From contig CAZKNF010000006.1 of the NCBI GenBank assembly GCA_964554105.1, positions 20,144-84,143 of the forward strand: a DNA stretch of 64,000 nucleotides, in the 5' to 3' direction. Below are positions 19,001-28,152 of the stretch, piece by piece. A program made the position numbers and the translations under genes. This stretch comes from an uncultured Rhodothermales bacterium. Lineage in GTDB: Bacteria > Bacteroidota > Rhodothermia > Rhodothermales > VXPQ01. Within the stretch, counting starts at the first letter, position 1; each line of letters starts with the position of its first letter. The notes under the pieces are model-generated. The model was not told the origin of the DNA. It ran no database searches and saw only the letters and a list, made by a program, of their open reading frames with translations.

Positions 19001-19551
19001 GCGTAGAAACGAACGGCCGTGAAAATGGGCGCCGACGCGGTCCTACCCACCGGATCTGTGGAATCATCACCGATGTTCAGCGTCGGACGACGAAATCCGG
19101 CAAGCCGATCGCCTTTGCGGCAATCGAGGACTTTACCGGCCAAGCGGAGATCGTGTGCTTTTCAAATGTCTACGATAAAATACACCACTACCTGAAAGTG
19201 GACGATGTAGTAATGGTTCAGGGCGAGGTAGAAATGCGCGGCGGAAATGTTAAGATTATCGGTCGCGACATACTCCCGATGTGGAAAGTCCGGCAACAGC
19301 TCGTGAAAGCGATCGTGCTGCGGGTCGACGTCGCACGTGTGGGTGAAAGCGACATCAGCGAACTTCGATCGTTGTGCGAAGGCAATCGCGGTGAATGCAA
19401 GCTGTATTTTGATCTCGAGCTGCCCGAAACGCCGACTGGCAGCCAGCGCATCCGAAGTCGCACCTTTGTCGTAGACCCTACTCCTGAGCTCATGAACGGA
19501 ATGACACACCTATTCGGACGAGAAAACGTGATGTTGCAAGGCGATGCCTGA
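16057..19551 (+). CDS. dnaE: DNA polymerase III subunit alpha
   Basis: PHP domain start FSHLHCHTQFSLLDGA, palm motifs PDIDIDFDD and FERFLNPERISMPD, the HhH region, and an OB fold near the C-terminus. At 1164 aa there is no intein-sized insertion. Confidence 0.97.
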   Translation: MCDFSHLHCHTQFSLLDGAARIDAMVDKAVEYEMPALAITDHGNLYGVPEFYTTAKKAGIQPIVGCEFYVTASGMQDRSDRTRYHQVLYAKNQEGYRNLIKLSSLSFTEGHYYKPRIDKDTLRNYSGGLIATTCCLQGEVLQAILEKGEDAARSVFKTYLDIFQDDYYIEIQDHGIDEQRRCNAVLLRWAKEYDVQIIATNDVHYVRQEDAAAQDVLLCLQTGKDLKDPNRMRFDNDQFYLKSADEMRSSLADLGPILTDRALDTTREIVDKCDLELSMGSLLMPHYPIPDQFGNDMDAYLKHLVFEKANERYADLSQEVVDRLNLELRIIKEMGYAGYFLIVQDFTSAARRLDVRVGPGRGSAAGSAVAYCLGITNIDPLEYDLLFERFLNPERISMPDIDIDFDDRGRSKVIDYVVEKYGRQNVCQIVTFGTMGARSVIRDVSRVLGIPLSEADRIAKLIPDGVKVDLASAMKEVEEFRTLREHEDPQIRNLMHYAQVLEGSARHTGVHAAGVIIAPGDVSDYVPVAVARSKGDEVVTTQYDGNWVESFGLLKMDFLGLKTLTVLNDALALIKNHYGDTIDIDDIPFDDEKTFTLFQRGETVAIFQFESPGMREWLRKLKPTSLDDLIAMNALYRPGPMKLIPNYIDRKHGIEDVEYPHEMLKPVLSPTYGIPVYQEQVMQIARVMGGYSLGEADILRRAMGKKKQSEMDKQRTVFVEGASRRGVQEATANEVFDLMAEFAGYGFNKSHSAAYSVVAYQTAYLKARYPAAFMAAAMTNEMGDTSRLAIVLEEARQMGLDVLPPSINRSEAHFTVEGEKIRFGLGAVKGVGVNAIDAIVAVRKKVESFETIFDLTRELDLRAVNKKTLESLARAGALDELEGHRAQLVDSVDLAVQYAQKVQADRAAGQNSLFGGGSAGTIMAPTLPPCENWPRSRILKEERNLMGLYMSGHPLEEYAAEARTFSTAELGQAVDGEFETSGVETNGRENGRRRGPTHRICGIITDVQRRTTKSGKPIAFAAIEDFTGQAEIVCFSNVYDKIHHYLKVDDVVMVQGEVEMRGGNVKIIGRDILPMWKVRQQLVKAIVLRVDVARVGESDISELRSLCEGNRGECKLYFDLELPETPTGSQRIRSRTFVVDPTPELMNGMTHLFGRENVMLQGDA

Positions 19552-20266
19552 AGAGGAATCCATAGACGTCCGGATCGGGATCACAACATCTTATAACGAA
19601 GGCGAGCAGCGAATTAATCACGCCTATGTTCGGTCGATTGAGGACGCCGGGGGGATACCTCTTATCGTCCCCATGCTGGAAAACAATGACACACTGCTCG
19701 CTTTTGTGGATCTCTTGCATGGACTGGTTATTACGGGCGGGCCGGCCATCATGGACGGACTGGTCGGTGCTCTTCCCTCAGACTTGCAGTCCACCGACGA
19801 TATGCGCGTACGGTCAGACAAGGCCGTGCTGTCAGCCTTTCTAAATGCAAAGAAACCCATTTTAGGCATCTGTTACGGGATGCAGCTCCTGAACGCGGCC
19901 TCGGGGGGTACGATTTATGGCGACGTCGAACGACATATTGAAGGATCGCTCACCCATAGTGATAAACGCGGAGCGGACATGCACCAGGTTCATGTCGAGG
20001 AATCATCCCATCTGTACCAGATTCTGCATGAGGATACCATCGATGTAAACACCAGACATGTGCAGGCGATTGCTGCCGTCGGATCACCGTATCGCGTCGC
20101 GGCACGGGCACCGGACGGCGTCGTGGAGGCCATCGAGAACGTCGACGGAAATATCATCGGCGTGCAGTTCCACCCGGAACGGATGGGCGCGAATATGGGG
20201 GGTATATTTCGACATCTTGTCAGAAACGCACGAAAAATCGCAGAAACTACAAATCTCGGCACGTGA
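19544..20266 (+). CDS. class I glutamine amidotransferase / gamma-glutamyl-GABA hydrolase-like peptidase C26
   Basis: GITTSY, PILGICYGMQLLN (nucleophile Cys elbow) and IIGVQFHPE (His-x-Glu). Its ATG overlaps the dnaE stop by 8 nt. Confidence 0.8.
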   Translation: MPEEESIDVRIGITTSYNEGEQRINHAYVRSIEDAGGIPLIVPMLENNDTLLAFVDLLHGLVITGGPAIMDGLVGALPSDLQSTDDMRVRSDKAVLSAFLNAKKPILGICYGMQLLNAASGGTIYGDVERHIEGSLTHSDKRGADMHQVHVEESSHLYQILHEDTIDVNTRHVQAIAAVGSPYRVAARAPDGVVEAIENVDGNIIGVQFHPERMGANMGGIFRHLVRNARKIAETTNLGT

Positions 20267-20406
20267 GTTGTGTTTAGAATAGGAGTGCGTAGTGTTTTGC
20301 CTCCTGCGCAGGGAGCTTTCCGCATACGGAAACGGTTAAAGAAGGAGAAAATCGATCGACCAGTCGAGTAGGCTATTGTTCGGCAGTACCAAAAACGAAG
20401 TGTAGA

Positions 20407-22389
20407 ATGAAGGAGCAATACCCGGACGAAAAACCACCGGCAGGAGATTCCTCCACCGATAACGAACCCGAGATCACGCATCGATCCTCTGAAGCGGGCG
20501 AAGGCAGCGAGGCCCATGCAATCGGTCCGCAAGATGTGAATATCGGTGAGCAGGAATCAGATTCTGAAGACACGATCAACGGCAACGGGCGGTCGATCAA
20601 TGCGGCCTGGGCGTCCGTGGCAGCCGCGCTCGCGGTTATGCTCCTCGTAATGCTCACGGGCCGATTTGACTCGATTGCCCGCGATCTGATGCGCTTCTTC
20701 GAGTCAGAACCTTCGCCCGTGACACTCTCTGACATCCGCCAGCCGTCCACGGCGTCAACAAGCGGGATGTACTCTTTCGAGGAGCTTGATATTCATCCAG
20801 ATGTCGTTTTCAGGCCATATACGTCCGGCCAGCTGGTAGCATCTGAGGTTTCGTCAGCCACCCACGAAATGATCCAGAACTTTCGCGGGTTGCTCTCGAT
20901 GTATGAAGAGCGCCAGGGTATCGACGACAATTTTACCGTCCGCGTAATCGATAACCGCTCTAATGAGCTTCTTGAGATTTATGAACTCGAGGAGGAGCGA
21001 GAAGCGTACGAGAGCCGCGGATCAACCGATGGATGGAACTGGGGACGCGTCGACAATCTCCGTCGCACGGCTACCAACGATCTCGTTAAAAAATACAGGG
21101 CGCGCGGCATCCCGCGAGGGGCCGTGACGGTCAAATGGGGCCGGAAGAACCAGGTGTACGAGGCGCGTGAGCGTGAGCGTGCCTTTATCGAATATGAGAC
21201 TCGACTCGCGCGATATCTCAATTTGAGTCTACTCGCGACAGAGATCGGCACCGTCGAGACGTTTAATAACGACCGGGCGGTTTCTCCAGTCGGCGCTCGC
21301 AGCCGGTACCAGATGATGCCGTACACACTCCGTCAAAATGATGTGCATCATTATCAAATTTCGACTGCTTCAGGGAACGCAGTAGATGTCTACGAAGAAT
21401 GGCATCCGCTGCTCACACTGGAGCCCGCCTTCGCTACCCTCGCAGGCTACAAGAATGCGGTAGGTCACGAGATTCCGGGGATTTCCGCATACCACACCGG
21501 TCCCGGGAATATTTACATGGTATATCGGATGTTCCTTACGGCAGATACGGGCCTATTTTCGCCCTCCTCGACCGTGATGGACGCATACATGTGGGCCGTC
21601 ACCACGGGATACGATAAGGTATCCAGCAGCTCGAGCTTCAAGACGTATTCCCGAGGATATGTCGCGTCAATTTACGGCTCGCTTCGAGCGACAGAGGACC
21701 TCCCCATCGACTCATCCCAGACGCTCCAGGCCGAACGCGTCCAGATAGAGGACGGGAAGCACATTTTCCTGAGTGAGCTGCTGCGGGCGCTGGAGTCGAG
21801 CGAACGGTCTTTAGATTGGGGCACCGACTCGGACGATCTCGGATCGTACGATAAATTCCGGAAGATGAATCCTCACTTTGCACTTCCTGCCTCCGCAGGT
21901 GACAGCGGTGTAGATCCCCGCGCGGACATTCGCCTGGTTTCTGAAGCCGACGGTGTGCCTGTGCGCATGTTTCTTCCACTTGGAGCCTCGAGCGCACTAA
22001 ATGAAGCTGGACTTGAAGTCATCGACAAATCGACGATCTTTCGTTTTACCCACGACACGTATCGCCGGCCGCCGGCCACAGAAATGACCGTCTGGGATCG
22101 TCAGTATGACGAACTGGTCCGCGACGTTTCCAATTTCGGCTTTACCAACGAGAACCGGCAGCGGCTCGGGACGCTCGTGAACCGATTCCGGCAGCTGGCC
22201 GAAGCGAACCCGTCGCATTACAGGCAGCTTCAGCTCGAGATTATCCGAACCCACCAGCGAATCTGGGGGTCGTCAGTCTTTAACAAGCTCGCCACCGCGG
22301 TGAGTGCTGCTGAAGGTCGAACGCGTTCCGAACCTCTCCCGCCGACAGCTCTGCCTCGATCGACGAGCCAGAGAGCACCAGGACGGTAG
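20407..22389 (+). CDS. membrane-anchored protein with a divergent SLT-like (lytic transglycosylase) core; otherwise unknown
   Basis: Acidic N-terminus and one TM segment (AAWASVAAALAVMLLVMLTG). IGTVETFNNDRAVSPVGARSRYQMMPYT resembles the ES-x-F-x-P-x-A-x-S-x-x-GA-x-GLMQ-x-MP signature, and ISAYHTGPGNIYMVY resembles AYNAGPGNV. Confidence 0.45.
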   Translation: MKEQYPDEKPPAGDSSTDNEPEITHRSSEAGEGSEAHAIGPQDVNIGEQESDSEDTINGNGRSINAAWASVAAALAVMLLVMLTGRFDSIARDLMRFFESEPSPVTLSDIRQPSTASTSGMYSFEELDIHPDVVFRPYTSGQLVASEVSSATHEMIQNFRGLLSMYEERQGIDDNFTVRVIDNRSNELLEIYELEEEREAYESRGSTDGWNWGRVDNLRRTATNDLVKKYRARGIPRGAVTVKWGRKNQVYEARERERAFIEYETRLARYLNLSLLATEIGTVETFNNDRAVSPVGARSRYQMMPYTLRQNDVHHYQISTASGNAVDVYEEWHPLLTLEPAFATLAGYKNAVGHEIPGISAYHTGPGNIYMVYRMFLTADTGLFSPSSTVMDAYMWAVTTGYDKVSSSSSFKTYSRGYVASIYGSLRATEDLPIDSSQTLQAERVQIEDGKHIFLSELLRALESSERSLDWGTDSDDLGSYDKFRKMNPHFALPASAGDSGVDPRADIRLVSEADGVPVRMFLPLGASSALNEAGLEVIDKSTIFRFTHDTYRRPPATEMTVWDRQYDELVRDVSNFGFTNENRQRLGTLVNRFRQLAEANPSHYRQLQLEIIRTHQRIWGSSVFNKLATAVSAAEGRTRSEPLPPTALPRSTSQRAPGR

Positions 22390-22453
22390 TTCCATCACTT
22401 CGCCGTTCGTGCCCGTCTCGATCGATATCACGGTGTACGACCAACGTCGTGCG

Positions 22454-23068
22454 TCAGGCTCCGCTCGACGCCTTTGAAGAAGGGGACAAAACGACTATAG
22501 CATCACCCTGGCGGATTGAACCGCCCCGGTGGACATTGAACAATGCACCCCGGTAGCATTCCTGCGCCACGGCCGCGAAAGCGGCCGGACTCGTCCGCGA
22601 GCGGAACGTCGCACATGGTCGATGTGCCTTTGGAGTGCGTACCAGTTCGACCTCACCGACCCGGACTACGGCGCCTTCTTCCAGCCGGCCAAGATCAATA
22701 CCCTCTGTTATGAGATTATCCCCCACAACAACAGGCTCGACGTCCATAATATCGAGAACCTCTAGGGTGATGGCGGAGACCTCCCGACCGGGTACGTATT
22801 GACCTCGATAGAATGACTTGCGGCTGTGATCTCCAGAGAAGCCTCTGCCTTCAATTACCTCGACGCTTTCACGTACCACGTGGCGGTGGGGCTCAGGCGT
22901 CTCGACCAGCATTGCGACCCGGCCCTCCTGTCCCCACTCGATCCTCCTGAACATCCGAAGAAGCTGAGCTACGATCTGGGGGTCGTATGCCTCGTCATTC
23001 TTTGTGGGTATGTTGCTTGAATAGGGCACGTTTTGCGTTGGCAACTCAAGGTATATCCCAGGGTGCAT
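22454..23068 (-). CDS. MOSC domain-containing protein
   Basis: GRGFSGDHS, REVSAITLEVL, VVGDNLITEGIDLGRLEEGAVVRVGEVELVRTPKAHRPCATF, with the conserved Cys in RPC. The ATG at 23068 has GGAGAAGG just upstream and overlaps the ppk1 stop by 23 nt. An alternative ATG is at 22954. Confidence 0.7.
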   Translation of the reverse strand: MHPGIYLELPTQNVPYSSNIPTKNDEAYDPQIVAQLLRMFRRIEWGQEGRVAMLVETPEPHRHVVRESVEVIEGRGFSGDHSRKSFYRGQYVPGREVSAITLEVLDIMDVEPVVVGDNLITEGIDLGRLEEGAVVRVGEVELVRTPKAHRPCATFRSRTSPAAFAAVAQECYRGALFNVHRGGSIRQGDAIVVLSPSSKASSGA

Positions 23069-25256
23069 CCTTCTCCGTGAGCCGATGCGTCGCTCGCTGC
23101 ATCAGGAGCTCGTGGAAGCCAATCTCCTCGTTTGGTGTTGCTGGAGTTCGCAGTACGAAGCTGCCGTCAGGATGCAAATCCCAGCCTGATCGTGCGTCAT
23201 TAAGACACAGATGCAGCGTGCCTATTAGCTGCTGCTTCAAATCGGGATGTTCGACCGGTACGATCGCCTCGATTCGATCGTCGAGATTTCGCCGCTGCCA
23301 ATCCGCGCTTCCAATGTAGACGAGCGGCCGGCCATCATTGTGGAAATAGTAGATGCGGCTGTGCTCGAGAAAACGCCCGATGACGCTCATCACACGGATA
23401 TTCTCGCTGAATTTTCTCAAGCCCGGGCGCAGCCTGCAGTGGCCGCGCACGATCAAATCGATCTTAACGCCCGCTCGAGAGGCCTTGTATAGCTCACCGA
23501 TCATCTCGACATCATCTATCGCATTCATCTTGGCGATGATGCGTCCGTTTCCTCCGGCCTTCTGAAACGCAATCTCACGCTCGATCAGACGAATAAACGT
23601 CTTACGCATGTCGCGCGGTGCGATTATGAGCTTTCGATAGTGCTGCTCCGGCGCGTATCCCGTGAGATAATGGAACAGATTGATGGCGTCGTAGCCCATG
23701 TCCGGCGAGCACGTAAAGAGCCCGATATCCGTATATAGTCGCGCGGTGGTCGGATTGTAATTGCCGGTACCGATGTGGCAATATGCCCTGGGCCCGACAC
23801 TCTCCTCTCTGATTACGAGCGTCACTTTTGTATGCGTCTTCAGGCCAACCAGGCCGTACGTGACGTGCACGCCGGATTTCTCGAGCATTTGGCCCCATTC
23901 GATATTGCTCTCTTCGTCGAATCGCGCCTTCACCTCGATGAGCACGGCGACCTGTTTGCCACGTTCTGCCGCACGGACGAGGGCCTCGATTATCGGTGAC
24001 TCTTCGGAGGTCCGATAGAGCGTCTGCTTGATTGCCAATACATTCGGATCGACGGCGGCCTCCTCCACGAACCGCTGAACGCTCGCGCGAAACGATTCGT
24101 ACGGATGATGAACGAGGAGATCACCGTTTCGAATAATGCTGAATATATCTGGCTCATCCTTGGTCTCTCCCTCGAACATCAATCGGGAAGGCACGACCGG
24201 CTCCCACGGCTTATATCTGAGTTCGGGAAAATCGAGCGCTGCGAAATATTGAGTGCTCGAGTGATCGATCAATCCGTCAGCACTATAGACGTCGTCCGGT
24301 CCGAGAGACAACTCACGAATCAGCAAACGTCGGATCTTGTCCGGCATCGAGCGCTCTACTTCGAGTCGTACCACCGGTGCGAATCGACGCTCTCGAAGTT
24401 CGTCGGAGATCATCTCCGTTAGATCTTCTGCTTCCTCCTCGTCTCGTCGGATGTCCGCGTTTCGCGTGATCTGAAATGCATGCACGTACTCGATTTCCAT
24501 CCCGCGAAAAAGCTCGAACAGATTATTTGCGATGACTTGTTCGAGAGGCACATAGTGATACGGCTCGTCCAGCGGGACCCATCTGCCCCGACTCGTCGGC
24601 ACCTTCAATCGTGCAAAGTGCTCCGTACCGCGCGTGGGATGTCGGAGCAGAACGGCCAGCGAGAGACTCAGATTTGAGATAAACGGAAAGGGGTGCCCTG
24701 GGTCTACGGCCAGCGGTGTGAGGATCGGAAAGATGTTTGCCTGGAAGTACCTGTGAAGCTGCTCACGCTGATCGGGAGAAAGTTTGGCATAGTGGACGAT
24801 CCGAATTCCGGCCTTTTCGGCAAGCGCGGGCTTCAATGTCTGTTCCCACAGCTTATTCATTGTCTGGTACATCGGCAGCACGGCGGACCGAATGAGCGAG
24901 AGTTGTTCTTGCGGCGTTCGGCCATCCGGCGATAGTGCACGAACGCCGGCTGCCGCCTGTCGCTTCAGGCCCCCGACGCGTTTACGGAAGAACTCGTCGA
25001 GATTCGACGAAGCGATCGAAAGGAACTTAACCCGCTCGAGAAGTGGCGTACGTTCGTCGACGGCCTGATGGATGACCCTCCAGTTGAAGTCGAGCCAGCT
25101 CAACTCACGATTAAAGAACAGGTGCGGGTGGTCCAGCGGGGCGTCTTCCGGAACCGGCCGAGGCGACGTTGCCTTCGGAACGGCAAAGTCGGGCATGACG
25201 GCGGTAGATCCGTCACCGCCCGGTACTTCAGACTGAATTCGAACACGCTCTCCCAT
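23046..25256 (-). CDS. ppk1: polyphosphate kinase 1
   Basis: FFNRELSWLDFNWRVIHQAVDERTPLLERVKFLSI, two PLD-like HKD regions (GLVGLKTHTKVTLVIR and GRFLEHSRIYYF) and CHIGTGNYN. The track start at 25259 is TTG; the adjacent ATG is at 25256. Confidence 0.95.
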   Translation of the reverse strand: MGERVRIQSEVPGGDGSTAVMPDFAVPKATSPRPVPEDAPLDHPHLFFNRELSWLDFNWRVIHQAVDERTPLLERVKFLSIASSNLDEFFRKRVGGLKRQAAAGVRALSPDGRTPQEQLSLIRSAVLPMYQTMNKLWEQTLKPALAEKAGIRIVHYAKLSPDQREQLHRYFQANIFPILTPLAVDPGHPFPFISNLSLSLAVLLRHPTRGTEHFARLKVPTSRGRWVPLDEPYHYVPLEQVIANNLFELFRGMEIEYVHAFQITRNADIRRDEEEAEDLTEMISDELRERRFAPVVRLEVERSMPDKIRRLLIRELSLGPDDVYSADGLIDHSSTQYFAALDFPELRYKPWEPVVPSRLMFEGETKDEPDIFSIIRNGDLLVHHPYESFRASVQRFVEEAAVDPNVLAIKQTLYRTSEESPIIEALVRAAERGKQVAVLIEVKARFDEESNIEWGQMLEKSGVHVTYGLVGLKTHTKVTLVIREESVGPRAYCHIGTGNYNPTTARLYTDIGLFTCSPDMGYDAINLFHYLTGYAPEQHYRKLIIAPRDMRKTFIRLIEREIAFQKAGGNGRIIAKMNAIDDVEMIGELYKASRAGVKIDLIVRGHCRLRPGLRKFSENIRVMSVIGRFLEHSRIYYFHNDGRPLVYIGSADWQRRNLDDRIEAIVPVEHPDLKQQLIGTLHLCLNDARSGWDLHPDGSFVLRTPATPNEEIGFHELLMQRATHRLTEKDAPWDIP

Positions 25257-25303
25257 CAATCCTCCCGCAAGCTGAAAACTCAGAGTGGCTGCGGCTCCCG
25301 CCC

Positions 25304-27202
25304 TTATCCCTCTAGAAACTCCTTCCGCTCGATGCGCCGACGCAGCTCATGCAGTGCCATCATTTGCGTCTGGAGCGGCTGCAGTTCGTCGCCCGCCCTC
25401 GACGCACGGTACATCTCCTCGCGCTGCTTCTCAATTGCCGCATTCACACGATCCAGTTTGAGCTGCATCATGACGCCGACCGCTGCATCGTATGGATCGC
25501 CGTCCAACTTTGGTACGGTAATCTTCCGCTTTCGCTCCCAATTCTCGGAGGGCTCGTGCAATACCATCGAAACTTCCGTCGCCAAACGCTGAACCTCCTG
25601 CCCGAACGATCCGTCCAGAAAAGCCTGCCGCTCAACCTTTCCCTCTTCGTACTGCGCCAGCAGCCTTTCCGCAGACGTGCGGGCAGGCCCCGGCGTAAAT
25701 TCGTCAAGGCTCATATTGCCGAGAACGAATTCTACCATTGGTGAACCGTGCTCCAGCATCAACCGGATGAGCGACTTTTCTTCCGGAAGCGGCTGGACGT
25801 CCCGCTCGCTCCTCGGTGAACGACGTTTGGCTTTTCGCGGCGCCTGAGCTGGACGTGGAGCTTCCGGTTCAGATGGTCTGCGCGGCGACCTCTCCTTTCT
25901 GTGTTCGGAAGCAACGTGCTTATCGAGTACCTCGCGAAGGCGGAGGTCCGAAATATCCAGAACGTCACCGGCACGCCGAAGATAGGTCTCACGCATAAGC
26001 GGGTCAGCTAGCCTTGCGATGGCACGGATAATTTCGTGCATAACATCTGCTTGACCTTCCGGGGTCTGAAGACGGCCATCCACCTCCGCTCGTTCGTAGA
26101 TGTAGGTGGCAAAATCTCTCCGATGCTCTCGAATGTAGCCCTCTATAGATCCCTTGTCCGCGCGGGAGAATGAGTCCGGATCTTCTCCTGGCGGCAACTC
26201 CACTGCGTACACTGAGAGTCCTTCCGCAAGAACCACCTCGATGCCGCGGATCGCTGCACCGGCGCCGGCCTCGTCTGCGTCGAAGAGAAGTACGATTCGA
26301 CGTGCATACCTTCCCAGGAGCTTTACCTGTTCAGGCGTAAGTGAGGTGCCGCTAGAGGCCACAGCATGGTTAATCCCGGCCTGATGAAGCGCGACAACAT
26401 CCGTGTAGCCTTCAACCAGCAGCGCCTCCTCCTTCTTTCGGATAGCGTGCTTCGCATGGGAAAGACCGTAAAGAACTCGGCTCTTGTTGTAAATGCGCGT
26501 ATCGGGCGAGTTGATGTATTTTGGCTGTTCGGCGTCAGGGTGAAGGATCCTACCGCCGAACCCGAGAACCTTTCCAACGTGCGAAAGAATCGGAAACATG
26601 ATGCGGCCACGGAAGCGATCATAATAGCCGCTGCGCTGCTTTCTTGGGATGATCAACCCTGCTTGCTCGAGAACCTGGTCTGAGATATGGTTTTCCCCCG
26701 CGACGGTTAGAAGTCCGTCCCACCTATCCGGCGAATAGCCGAGCCCAAACGATCTGATGATCTTGTTCGTGTAGCCTCGCGAACGCAAGTATTCGAGGGC
26801 TTCCTTGCCTTCCGCCGACTGCGTCAAAACGCCGTAATAATAGCGGGCGGCGAAGCGAAGAGCGTTGTACGCTGCCTCTTTTTCGCTCGATCGCTCACGG
26901 TCATTCTCCTTTTCCGGAATTTCAATCCCCGCCTTTTCGGCGAGCAAGCGAACGGCCTCAGGGAAGGCGATCCCTTCGATCAGCATTACAAAATTGAAAG
27001 CATCGCCGCCGGCTCCGCAGCCGAAGCACTTATATATGCCGAGGGCCGGGTTGACGCTGAATGAAGGCGTATTCTCACTGTGGAAAGGACAAAGCCCAAA
27101 ATAATTCGAGCCCCTCCGCTTCAGACGTACGTAGCCGCCAACGACATCTATGACATCCGACGCAGCCCGAACCTCTTCAACCGTTTCATCGGGAATGTAC
27201 AT
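25304..27202 (-). CDS. dnaG: DNA primase
   Basis: Zinc-ribbon CPFHSENTPSFSVNPALGIYKCFGCGAGGDAFNFVM, TOPRIM EALLVEGYTDVVALHQAG and LLFDADEAGAGAA, and a C-terminal helicase-interaction region. The ATG at 27202 (MYIPDETVEEVR) is preferred over 27244. Confidence 0.95.
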   Translation of the reverse strand: MYIPDETVEEVRAASDVIDVVGGYVRLKRRGSNYFGLCPFHSENTPSFSVNPALGIYKCFGCGAGGDAFNFVMLIEGIAFPEAVRLLAEKAGIEIPEKENDRERSSEKEAAYNALRFAARYYYGVLTQSAEGKEALEYLRSRGYTNKIIRSFGLGYSPDRWDGLLTVAGENHISDQVLEQAGLIIPRKQRSGYYDRFRGRIMFPILSHVGKVLGFGGRILHPDAEQPKYINSPDTRIYNKSRVLYGLSHAKHAIRKKEEALLVEGYTDVVALHQAGINHAVASSGTSLTPEQVKLLGRYARRIVLLFDADEAGAGAAIRGIEVVLAEGLSVYAVELPPGEDPDSFSRADKGSIEGYIREHRRDFATYIYERAEVDGRLQTPEGQADVMHEIIRAIARLADPLMRETYLRRAGDVLDISDLRLREVLDKHVASEHRKERSPRRPSEPEAPRPAQAPRKAKRRSPRSERDVQPLPEEKSLIRLMLEHGSPMVEFVLGNMSLDEFTPGPARTSAERLLAQYEEGKVERQAFLDGSFGQEVQRLATEVSMVLHEPSENWERKRKITVPKLDGDPYDAAVGVMMQLKLDRVNAAIEKQREEMYRASRAGDELQPLQTQMMALHELRRRIERKEFLEG

Positions 27203-27355
27203 GCTGCGTATTGCTTCATCGTTCTGGCCGCACGCGCTGATCAACGCATGCGTCCGGTAATATAGAGAACCTTCGGATCCCCAGGGACGTGTTGCGAACT
27301 CCTCCTTAGTCGGTTAAACTTCAGCCAACGAAATCATCACGTTCAAGCGGTCGTA

Positions 27356-28111
27356 GTGGAATTACTCGGTATTGATGTCGGTGGTTCAGGTATTAAAGGC
27401 GCTCCCGTGGACATTCGGACGGGAAAGCTCACGGAACCGCGCCGCCGCGTGAAGACCCCGGAACGCGCCAAACCTGATGACGTCACGCGTGCGATCGCCG
27501 ACATCGTATCCCATTTCGATTGGGACGGTCCCGTCGGGTGCGCCTTCCCTGCGCGCATCAAGAAAGGAGTGGCTCGGACGGCAGCCAACATTGACCAGAG
27601 CTGGATCGGAACGAACGTCGTCGATCTATTTCAGTCGTGCACCCAACGTCTGTTCGTAGTGCTCAACGACGCCGATGCGGCCGCGATTGCGGAAATGAAG
27701 TACGGGGCAGGCCGAGGCAGGCAGGACATCGTCCTCCTTCTGACCGTCGGGACCGGCATCGGGTCTGCTCTCTTCATCAACCAGACCCTTCTTCCCAATA
27801 CGGAATTCGGGCATTTCCATTTGCAGGGCATGGTGGCCGAGCATTATGCGTCGGACAGAGCGCGGAAAGACGAGGGGCTTAGCTGGAACGAATGGGCCGG
27901 GCGTTTCCAGGAGTACCTATCTCACCTCGAACGCCTCCTCGACATCGACCTCATCATACTCGGCGGCGGAATCAGCAAGGAAAAGAAAAAGAATCGATAT
28001 CTCGATCTGATCCGGACGGATGCCGAACTCGCAACTGCTCAACTTGAAAATGACGCGGGGATCATCGGCGCCGCATATAGCGCCAGAGTAGTGGCAAATC
28101 AATCCAGGTGA
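27356..28111 (+). CDS. ppgK: polyphosphate glucokinase (ROK family)
   Basis: LLGIDVGGSGIKGAPVDIRTGKL, AANIDQSWIG, VLNDADAAAIAEMKYGAG, LTVGTGIGSALF, PNTEFGH and LIILGGGIS. GTG start. Confidence 0.85.
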   Translation: MELLGIDVGGSGIKGAPVDIRTGKLTEPRRRVKTPERAKPDDVTRAIADIVSHFDWDGPVGCAFPARIKKGVARTAANIDQSWIGTNVVDLFQSCTQRLFVVLNDADAAAIAEMKYGAGRGRQDIVLLLTVGTGIGSALFINQTLLPNTEFGHFHLQGMVAEHYASDRARKDEGLSWNEWAGRFQEYLSHLERLLDIDLIILGGGISKEKKKNRYLDLIRTDAELATAQLENDAGIIGAAYSARVVANQSR

Positions 28112-28152
28112 ACAGCCGCGCGGAGCACCCACATCTCGTCTCATCCATCGCC

